Shown: positions 35,316 through 44,048 of the stretch, piece after piece | How positions within the stretch are numbered: the first letter of the stretch is position 1 | Layout: every line of letters begins with the position of its first letter | Assembly: GCF_004010195.1 (NCBI RefSeq) | Contig: NC_057751.1 | Coordinates: 14,457,784-14,501,831, forward strand | Length of the DNA stretch: 44,048 nt | Source: Chiloscyllium plagiosum | Taxonomy: Eukaryota | Direction of reading: 5' to 3' | Notes under the pieces: generated by a model | Databases searched by the model: none | What the model saw: only the letters and a program-made list of their open reading frames with translations | Told to the model about the DNA's origin: nothing | Translations under genes and position numbers: made by a program

Positions 35316-35457
35316 CCATGTGGGGAGAATGCAGATGGACAGCCAGGGGTCTGTGGGAAGAGATAAGCCAAAAGGCAAGGAAGACATGCATGGGACCTCA
35401 TAACAGCAGTTGAGGCGAATACCACAGGTGCTTTTAAAGGGGAGCGAGGCAATCATG

Positions 35458-35735
35458 AGGTGGCTCAGTGGTTAGCGCTGCTGCCTCACAACACCAGGAT
35501 CCCGGGTTCGATTCCAGCCTTGGGTGTGGAGTTTGCACATTCTCCCCGTGTCGTGCTCCGGTTTCCTCCCACAGTCTAAAGATGTGCACGTCAGGCGAAT
35601 TGGGGTGTGTAGGTGAGGTGCATTTATCAGGGGTAAACGTAGACTAAGAGGGTAGGGAGATGAGTCTGGGTGGGTTATTCTTCGGAGGGCCTGTGTGGAC
35701 TTGTTGGGCCGAAGGGCCTGTTTCCACACTGTAGA
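35458..35735 (+). mobile_element. HE1-type SINE
   Basis: ggtggctcagtggttagc...gggttcgattcc...gggccgaagggcctgtttccacactgtag. Confidence 0.9.
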
Positions 35736-36089
35736 AAACCAAATCAATTCAAGATGGTATCTCAGATTAGGCCTAGGGGGTATGCATGTGTCTGCACAAC
35801 CAGAGATTACAGACTGACACTTATCTGGGGAAACAAGTCCTATCGCTGAGAGCAGCTGAGGCCCTGTATGGGGAGCAAGGGGAGCTGTAAAAAGCAGATT
35901 TTCAGAAGGAATGAAAACAATTATTCCTCGAAATACTTGGCAGGTCTCGCAGCAACTGTGCAGAGAGACACAAAGATAATATTGCAAATCTGTGACCTGT
36001 CTTTCTTAAGTTAATCTTGATAAACCTTTCACTGCAGCTTGGTGCCTCATCTCTGAGTGCAGCATTGTGTGGGACCTTTTCAGAAGAGG

Positions 36090-36225
36090 GTCGATGTTTC
36101 AGGCATGAACCTTCACCAGGAGAGCCCTGATGAGGGGTTTTGTCCGAAACGTTGACTCTCTTGCTTCTCAGATGCTGCCTGACCTGCCGTGCTTTTCTCC
36201 AGCCCTACACTTTCGCGACTCCGAG
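36090..36225 (+). mobile_element. Penelope-like 3' end with short inverted arm
   Basis: gtttcaggcatgaaccttcaccag / CTGATGAggggttttgtccGAAAcgtt...gatgctgcctgacctgc. Confidence 0.7.
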
Positions 36226-37234
36226 CTCTTTTCATCCATACATCATTCTGAAGGGACTTTTAGACACGCAATGTCTTTGGATAGAGACAAAGGTACTGGT
36301 CGGGATGTCACACAGATAATAAGGAAGTACCTTGATCGGGTTCGAAACTGACAGAGACTTTGAGTGGGTCTGGTCTTCTTTATTGAGAATGCAGCACCAC
36401 CGTGGGATTCAAACCCAAGCAAGACGGGACCCTTTCAAAACTAGCCCAAACAGACAGAAAGGGGAGAACCATTCAGTTAAAGTTAGTCCGAACGGTTCAT
36501 GTGCAGCTGTTTTTGTTTTCACAAAAGGTTCAAAGCAGTGACTCTCTCTCTGCCACTAATTAAGCTGTTTATTTTGCAAAAGTAGCACAAATGTTAACAG
36601 TCTCGCAACTGCAAGCAAGAATCAAGATCAATCCAAAAACCTGGTCTCCACAGAAAGTTAAAATGCAATTTTCGCTTCTGTGCCCAAACCCAATTTGACA
36701 CAATAGGTCAGACCGTGCTCGAGACAGGAGAAGTCAGCCTTCATCTCCCTTTCGTTATCCCTTTTCCCCTTCTCCTCCCTCTCTCTTTTCCTTCGGCCAC
36801 TTTTCCTGCAACTCTCTGTTCCTCCGTTTCTCTCATTCACCTCTCCATTCCCGCGCCTGCTTGCTTCCCCCCTACCAAACAGCGCTGTGTGTCATAAGTG
36901 CTTGTTGGTGAATGCAGTTTAATTTGTTTTAAGCTTCTGGTTTGACATTGGGCAGCTGCTGCTGTCTGGCAGCGCGCCAGACCTGAGTCCGTGACAATCC
37001 GCACTCCCACAGATCCTCTAATGAGTGGCACTAATGAGACCACATCAGAGAAAAGCCTCTGAAGACTGGGCCCCATTGGCTCAATTAGCTGGCAACAGCC
37101 CTCGCAAAGTTCTGTTCGAACCGACTCCCCAGCTCATCATTATGTTTTCCTAACATGAGTTGGAGCTCACACAATCCGGAATTCTGCAAATTAATGAAAA
37201 TAAAAATCACCCCCTCGAAATCCTGGAGGTTATC

Positions 37235-37815
37235 AATGACTAGAATTGGAACTGGACCATGGATTCCAGCCAGAGGCTGAGAACCCAGCAGAATCCTGCC
37301 TGTGTAGATCACAAAGCACCAAGCAGGAATGTGATAGAATGTTCCCATTTGCCTGGCTAAATGCAGCTACAAAAGCTCTCAACACCATTCAAGACACAAC
37401 AGTCCATCTGAGGGGTATCCCATCCAACCCCTTCAGCATCCTCTTCCTCTACTACTGATGCACAGTAGCAGCAGCATGTTCCAACTGCAAGACGCAAGAA
37501 CCAAGAATCTATTGATTGCACCTTCTAAACCCGTAGTTTCTACTCTCTAGGAGGGCAAGGGCAGCAGATACATGGAAACACCAGCTCCCTGCAAGTTACC
37601 CTCTGAGCCCCTCACCATCCTGACTTGGAAGAATATCAGAGAGTCATAGAGATGGCCGTTCCTTCAGTGTCGGTGGGTCAGAATCCTGCAGCTCCCTCCC
37701 CGAACAGCACTGTGCGAGGGTCCTTATGCCCCAGGGTTCTCTGAGGCAGTTCACTACCACCTTCTCAAGGGGAAATTAGAGATGGGCAATCAATGTGAGT
37801 CTCACATCCCGTGGT
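37235..37815 (+). mobile_element. CR1-group LINE 3' region (5950-type), decayed
   Basis: FPFAWLNAATKALNTIQD; tail cttctcaaggggaaattagagatgggcaat. Confidence 0.75.
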
Positions 37816-37900
37816 CTGGGCACATCAATCAATTGGAGTTGCAGGGAATTGGTGGAAATCAATTGGAGTTGCAGGGAACAAGGACGTCCATCCCTGATAC

Positions 37901-38125
37901 TAGATCAGAGTGGTGCTGGAAAAGCACAACAGTTCAGGCAGCACCCGAGGAGCAGTAAAACCGACATTTCGGGCAAAAGCTGATTTCGGGAATACCTGAT
38001 GAAGGGCTTTTGCCTGAAACGTCGATTTTCCTGCTCCTCGGATGCTGCCTGAACTGCTGTGCTTTTCCAGCACCACTCTAATCTAGACTCTGGTTTCCAA
38101 CATCTGCAGTCATTGTTTTTACCTA
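37901..38125. mobile_element. Fold-back Penelope-like 3' end (family A) with 15-bp TSD
   Basis: Inverted arms; CTGATGAagggcttttgcctGAAAcGTC at ~37996-38023. gtccatccctgatac at 37886-37900 and 38126-38140. Confidence 0.9.
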
Positions 38126-39431
38126 GTCCATCCCTGATACATTGGCCATTTGTCAGCAGTGAGTAATGCTGGCGCCCCCAACACTCCTCGGCCTTTCGTT
38201 GTTAACGTTCACCAACCAAAAAGCCACTCAGTGCCAAATCCCCTGGGATGTCCGATGGAGCAAGGCTTGTTGCAGTCTTCATCAGTGGGGATTTATCCTC
38301 TCACTATCCTTCCTGTCAACCCCGCTTGTATTTTATATGTGTCTTTCCGCAACAGGCCAATGAATTTGCACCCAACCTGCTCAATGTTTCCTCATGAGAC
38401 AACAGCATCTCAGAGAGGATCATGGGGCGGCTTCGGATGAGACTGGGCCCAACCACCTCTCGATGGCATCTTGACTGTCGAGTGTTGTGGAATTAAAAGC
38501 TCATGCTTTGCATCTCTGCAGCCTCCAACTGTCGTTGTGAACCCTGCTGCTGTTCATCAAATTCTGTGTGTGTGGATAGGATGACCACAGCGGGTGACCT
38601 GAAGACTGCGCTCTGGCTAACAGTATCCTGACAGGTGCCTCACCAAGGTTTGCATTATCGGTGAAAGCTGACCAGTAAGGTCTGGAGCGCAGAGCGAGCA
38701 CAGCATCATGGCAACCAACGCACGGCCCTGAATCCAGAACCCGACTCAAGCCCACACTTGAGCTTATGATAAAGTTATGGTGTGCTCTTTCAAACGCAGG
38801 CCAACGTAATCTTCAAAAGGGCGCATGCCTCTCCAGAGAGAAGGAAAATGTCCTGTTTACAAGACGTGGGCTCGTTCCCCAGCTCCCCCTCTGAGCTGCT
38901 GTCCTGATACCATCAGCGGCAGGAAATCAGTCATAATTAATGTCTGGACAAATGTTTGCAAGACCAGGAACACCCACGTAAACAGAGGAAGCACTGAGGG
39001 CCCCTCAGTCGCATCAAAAGCTACAGGAATTCAAGATGATCGAGTCATTCTGCAGCATTCCCCAGCATGCCGGGTTTGCGATAGGGTGTCAGGGGGTGTG
39101 CTGTTTGACTGTGGAGCCGAGTGTCTGGATGGATGCTGCTCTAGCTTGGGTGGGTTAGGCAGCGAAAGTGACTCGAGAGGCAGCAGTCTGGGCGCCGGTC
39201 AGTGGACACTAGCTGCAGGACAGATGCTATCATCCCCTGAGAGGGAGGGGACAACAGGTTCGTGCTCTGGGGCGTCACTGCCAGTTGCTCCCAGTTCCTC
39301 AGCAAGCCCAGTACTGGGCTACAAGCGACAAACTCCAAGCTCCTTTTAACACTGTCAGTCACAATGAAGCTGTTGGCACTCTGAGCTAATATGGACAGAG
39401 TGCTGGTTCCTCTGAGAAAGGTTGCCCCACA

Positions 39432-39985
39432 GTCATTGAGATGTACAGCACAGAAACCCTTCGGTCCAACCCTTCCATACCGACCAGATATCCCAACCCC
39501 AAACTAGTCCCACCTGCCAGCACCCGGCCCATATCCCTCCGAAACCCTTCCTATTCATATACCCAACCAAATGCCTTTTATATATTGCAGTTGTACCAGC
39601 CTCCACCACTTCCTCTGGCAGCTCATTCCACACGCGTACCACCCTCTGTGTGAAAATGTGGCCCCTTAGGTTTCTTTTATATCTTTCCCCTCTCACCCTC
39701 AACCTATGCCCTTTAGTTCTGGACTCCCCCACCCCAGGGTAAAGACTTTATTTATCCTATCCATGCCCCTCATGATTTTATAGACCTCTATTAGGTCACC
39801 CCTCAGCCTCCAACGCTCCAGGGAAAACAGCCCCAGCCTATTTAACCTCTCCTTATAGCTCAAATTCTCCAACCCTGGCAACATCTTTTCTGAACCCTTT
39901 CAAGTTTCACAACATCTTTCCGATAGGAAGGAGCCCAGAACTGCGCGCAATCTTTCAATAGTGGCCTAACCAATGTCCTGTATGT
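39432..39985 (-). mobile_element. CR1 3' end
   Basis: RLGLFSLERWRLRGDLIEVYKIMRG; IFTQRVVRVWNELPEEVVEAG. Confidence 0.95.
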
Positions 39986-40061
39986 TGGCAAATACTGTCT
40001 CAATGTCCAGAGTTGAGCTCCAATTGCTCCCACAGCTCTAACCACATCTTCCTCCCAACAG

Positions 40062-40167
40062 ATGCAGAGTACTCCTCCACCGGCCCCTCACCAAACCAAT
40101 GAGGTCCACCCCGATGACTCCTACGAGGACGCAGAACCACTCAACCCCCTCACGCAGTGCACTGCAG
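40062..40167 (+). CDS. AFAP1L2-like: AFAP1L2-like coding exon 5 (Pro-rich, YED tyrosine motif); gene continues beyond window
   Basis: Acceptor catcttcctcccaacag|, donor CAG|gtatgt, 106 nt, phase 0-1. Encodes MQSTPPPAPHQTNEVHPDDSYEDAEPLNPLTQCTA, compared with PEGYYEEAEP (AFAP1L2) and PEDYYEEALPL (AFAP1L1). Confidence 0.85.
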
Positions 40168-40269
40168 GTATGTGAACTGACAAATGCAAACATCAATCCT
40201 TGAGGTATGTGCGACAACAGAAAGACAGTTCACAGAGATTCTGGATTCACAGTCTAACTGGTCAATGGT

Positions 40270-40460
40270 GATAAAGCCAACAAGCGCTGGAGGATCTCAG
40301 CAGGTCTGGCAGTGTCTATGAAAAGAGTAGCAGAGGTAATGTTGCCAACCCAAAGGTTTCTTCGAACCAGTAATGAAAAGGAGTCATATCAGATGTGAAA
40401 AATAAGTTCTGTTTCTCTGAATGGCTCTGCTTCGAATCCCCAGCATCTACGACAATTTGC
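40270..40460. mobile_element. Decayed fold-back PLE end
   Basis: gctggaggatctcagcaggtctggcag ... cccagcatct; heavily mutated. Confidence 0.45.
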
Positions 40461-40509
40461 TTTCATCTGACTGGCCAATGGTAAACCATCCCAGAACAGT
40501 TGGATTTAG

Positions 40510-43500
40510 TGAGTGCCCAGGGTCTCCAGGGAGTGCGTCAGGATTTCCAGGGGTCGCCAGGGGGGTGTGTCTGTATTTACAGGTGTCTCCAGGGAGTATG
40601 TCTGTATTTACAGGTGCCTCCAAGGAGTACGTCTGTATTTACAGGTGTCTCCAGGGGGTATGTCTGTATTTACAGGGGTCTCCAAGGGAGTGTGTCTGTA
40701 TTTACAGGTGTCTCCAGGGGAGTGCGTCAGGATTTCCAGGGGTCTCCAGGGAGTATGTTTGTATTTACAGGTGACTCCAGGGAGTACATCTGTATTTAAA
40801 GGTGTCTCCAGGGGAGTGTGTCTGTATTTGCAGGGGTCTCCAGGGAGTACGTATGTATTTACAGATGTCTCCAGGGAGTACGTCTGTATTTACAGGGGTG
40901 TGTGTCTGTATTTACAGTGGTCTCCAGGGAGTACGTCTGTATTTAAAGGGGTCTGCAGGGGTGTGTGTCTGTATATACAGGGATCTCCAGGGGAGTACGT
41001 CTGTACTTACAGGGGTCTCCAGCGAGTGTGTCTGTACTTACAGGGGTCTCCAGCGAGTGTGTCTGAATTTACAGTGGTCTCCAGGGGAGTGTGTCTGTAT
41101 TTACAGGGGTCTCTGGGGGAGTGTGTCTGTATTTACAGGGGTCCCTGGAGGAGTGTGTCTGTATTTACAGGGGTCTCCAGGCGAGTGTGTCTGTATTTAC
41201 AGGGGTCTCCAGCGAGTGTGTCTGTATTTACAGGGGTCTCTGGGGGAGTGTGTCTGTATTTACAGGGGTCCCTGGGGAGTACGTCTATATTTACAGGGGT
41301 CTCCAGGGGAGTACGTATGTATTTACAGTGGTCTCCAGGGAGTGTGTCTGTATTTACAGGGGTCTCCAGGGGAGTACGCCTGTATTTACAAGGGTCTCCA
41401 GGGAGTGTGTCTGTATTTACAGGGGTCTCCAGGGAATGTGTCTCTATTTACAGGGGTCTCCAGGGGACTGTGTCTGTATTTACAGGGGGTCCCTGGGGGA
41501 ATGTGTCTGTCTTTACAGGGATCTCCAGGGGAGTGTGTCTGTATTTACAAGGGTCTCCAGGGGACTGTGTCTGTATTTACAGGGAGTGTGTCTGTGTTTA
41601 CAGGGATCTCCAGGGGAGTGCGTCTGTATTTACAAGGGTCTCCAGGGTGTGTGTCTGAATTTACAGGGGTGTCCAGGGAGTATGTCTGTATTTACGGGGG
41701 TCCCTAGAGGACTGTGTCTGTATTTACAGGGGTCTCCAGGCAAGTGTATCTGTATTTACAGGGGTCTCCAGGGAGTGTGTCTGTATTTACAGGGGTCTCC
41801 AGCGAGTGTGTCTGTATTTACAGGGGTCTCCAGGGAGTGTGTCTGCATTTACAGGGGTCTCAAGGGGAGTGTGTCTGTATTTACAGGGGTCCCTGGGGGA
41901 GTGTGTCTGTATTTACAGGGGTCCCTGGGGAGTACGTCTGTATTTACAGGGGTCTCCAGGCGAGTACGTCTGTATTTACAGGGGTCTCCAGGGAGAGTGT
42001 CTGTATTTACAGGGGTCTCCAGGGAATGTGTCTGTATTTACAGGGGTCTCCAGGGGACTGTGTCTGTATTTACAGGGCGTGCCTGGGGGAGTGTGTCTGT
42101 GTTTACAGGGATCTCCAGGGGAGTACGTCTGTATTTACAACGGTCTCCAGGGTGTGTGTCTGTATTTACAGGGGTGTCCAGGGAGTGTGTCTGCATTGAC
42201 AGGGGTCCCTGGAGGAGTGTGCCTGTATTTACAGGGGTCTCCAGGCGAGTGTATCTTTATTTACAGGGGTCTCCAGCGAGTGTGTCTGTATTTACAGAGG
42301 TCTCCAGCGAGTGTGTCTGTATTTACAGGGGTCTCCAGCGAGTGTGTCTGCATTTACAGGGGTCTCAAGGGGAGTGTGTCTGTATTTACAGAGGTCCCTG
42401 GTAGAGTGTGTCTGTATTTACAGGGGTCTCTGGGGAGTATGTCTGTATTTACAGGGGTCTCCTGGGAGTGTGTCCGTATTTTACAAGGGTCTCTAGGGGA
42501 GTACGTCTGTATTTACAGGGGTCTCCAGGGAGTGTGTCTGTATTTACAGGGGTCTCCAGGGAGTGTGTCTGTATTTACAGGAGTCTCCAGGGGAATGTGT
42601 CTGTATTTACAGGGGGTCTCTGGGGGAGTGTGTCTGTGTTTACAGGGATCTCCAGGGGAGTACGTCTATATTTGCAGGGCTCTCCAGGGGAGTACGTCTG
42701 TATTTACAGGGGTGTCCAGGGAGTGTGTCTGTATTTACAGGGTCTCCGGGGAGTGTGTCTGTATTTACAGGAGTCTCCGGGGAGTGTGTCTGTATTTACA
42801 GGTGTCCCTGGAGGAGTGTATCTGTATTTACAGGGGTCTCCAGGGGAGTGTGTCTGTATTTACCGGGGTCAGCAGGGGAGTACGTCTGTATTTACAGGGG
42901 TCTCCAAGGTGTGTGTCTGTATTTACAGGGGTCTCCAGGGGAATACGTCTGTATTTACAGGGGTCTCCAGGGTGTGTGTCTGTATTTACAGGGATCTCCA
43001 GACGAGTGTATCTGTATTTACAGGGGTCTCCAGGGAGTGTGTCTGTATTTACAGGGGTCTCCAGGGGAGTGTGTCTGTAATTACAGCGGGTCCCTGGGGG
43101 AGCGTGTCTGTGTTTACAGCGGTCTGCAGGAGTGTGTGTCTGTATTTACAGGGGTCTCCAGGGAGTACGTCTGTATTTACAGGGGTCTCCAGGGGAGTGT
43201 GTCTGTATTTACAGGGGTCCCTGGGGAGTACGTCTGTATTTACAGGGGTCTCCAGGAGAGTGCGTCTGCATTTACAGGGGTCCCTGGGGGAGTGTGTCTG
43301 TATTTACAGGGGTCCCTGGGAGAGTTTGTCTGTATTTACAGGGGTCTCCAGGGAGTGTGTCTGTATTTACAGGGGTCTCTGGGGGAGTGTGTTTGTATTT
43401 ACATGGGTCTCCAGGGGTGTGTGTCTGTATTTACAGGGGTCTCCAGGGGAGTGTCTGTATTTACAGGGGTCTCCAGGGGAGTGTGTCTGTATTTACAGGG

Positions 43501-44048
43501 GTCTCCAGGGGAGTGTGTCTGTATTTACAGGGGTCCCTGGGGGAGTGTGTCTGTATTTACAGGGGTCCCTGGGGAATTGTGTCTGTATTTACAGTTGTCT
43601 CCAGGGAGTGTGTCTGTATTTACAGGGGTCCCTGGGAGAGTGTGTCTGTATTTACTGGGGTCTCCAGGGGAGTGTGTCTGTATTTACAGGGGTCTCCAGG
43701 GGAGTGTGTCTGTATTTACAGGGTCCCTGGGGAATTGTGTCTGTATTTACAGTTGTCTCCAGGGAGTGTGTCTGTATTTACAGGGGTCTCCAGGGGAGTG
43801 TGTCTGTATTTACAGGGGTCTCCAGGGGAGTGTGTCTGTATTTGCAGGGGTCTCCAGGGAGTACGTATGTATTTACAGATGTCTCCAGGGAGTACGTCTG
43901 TATTTACAGGGGTGTGTGTCTGTATTTACAGTGGTCTCCAGGGAGTACGTCTGTATTTAAAGGGGTCTGCAGGGGTGTGTGTCTGTATATACAGGGATCT
44001 CCAGGGGAGTACGTCTGTACTTACAGGGGTCTCCAGCGAGTGTGTCTG
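40510..44048. repeat. G-rich minisatellite, 28/29-bp unit GTGTCTGTATTTACAGGGGTCTCCAGGG(G)A, roughly 120 copies, runs off the window end
   Basis: Direct inspection; length varies in the G tracts. Confidence 0.98.

Noticed and set aside
38825..39349. 174-aa ORF in non-repeat DNA
   Set aside because: No recognisable domain, no convincing splice pair, and not needed for the exon 4-5 frame.
41141..41155. Apparent 8-bp inversion between units (CTCCAGGG vs CCCTGGAG)
   Set aside because: Intermediates CTCTGGGG, CCCTGGGG and CTCCGGGG exist, so stepwise transitions explain it.
40421..43960. Long ORFs (up to 465 aa) with VCLYLQGSPG repeats
   Set aside because: Artefact: the repeat unit has no stop codon on the + strand in any frame, and variable unit length shifts frames.
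40510..44048. CRISPR-like array (28-29 bp, partly palindromic)
   Set aside because: No unique spacers, no cas genes, vertebrate context.

Overview
Repeat-dense genomic DNA from a cartilaginous fish, most likely a shark; this is inferred from abundant HE1-type SINEs, CR1/HER1 LINE ends and Deu-domain SINEs. The + strand carries the first five coding exons (1001-1016, 29194-29343, 32572-32655, 33957-34048, 40062-40167) of an AFAP1-family adaptor gene most similar to AFAP1L2/XB130. They splice in frame to 149 aa and the gene continues past the window. The introns hold CR1, Rex1/Babar and L2-like fragments, three SINE families, a decayed near-full-length Penelope-like element (PLE), many short fold-back PLE ends with minimal hammerhead motifs and 12-15 bp target-site duplications (TSDs), a 370-N gap, and a terminal ~3.5 kb G-rich 28/29-bp minisatellite. 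The most notable observations are two TSD-flanked insertions copied from neighbouring DNA (one fused to a PLE hammerhead end), a candidate antisense spliced gene with an 18-nt microexon nested in intron 1, and a 3014-bp higher-order repeat in the minisatellite. All family assignments come from pattern recognition without database searches, and repeat boundaries are approximate.
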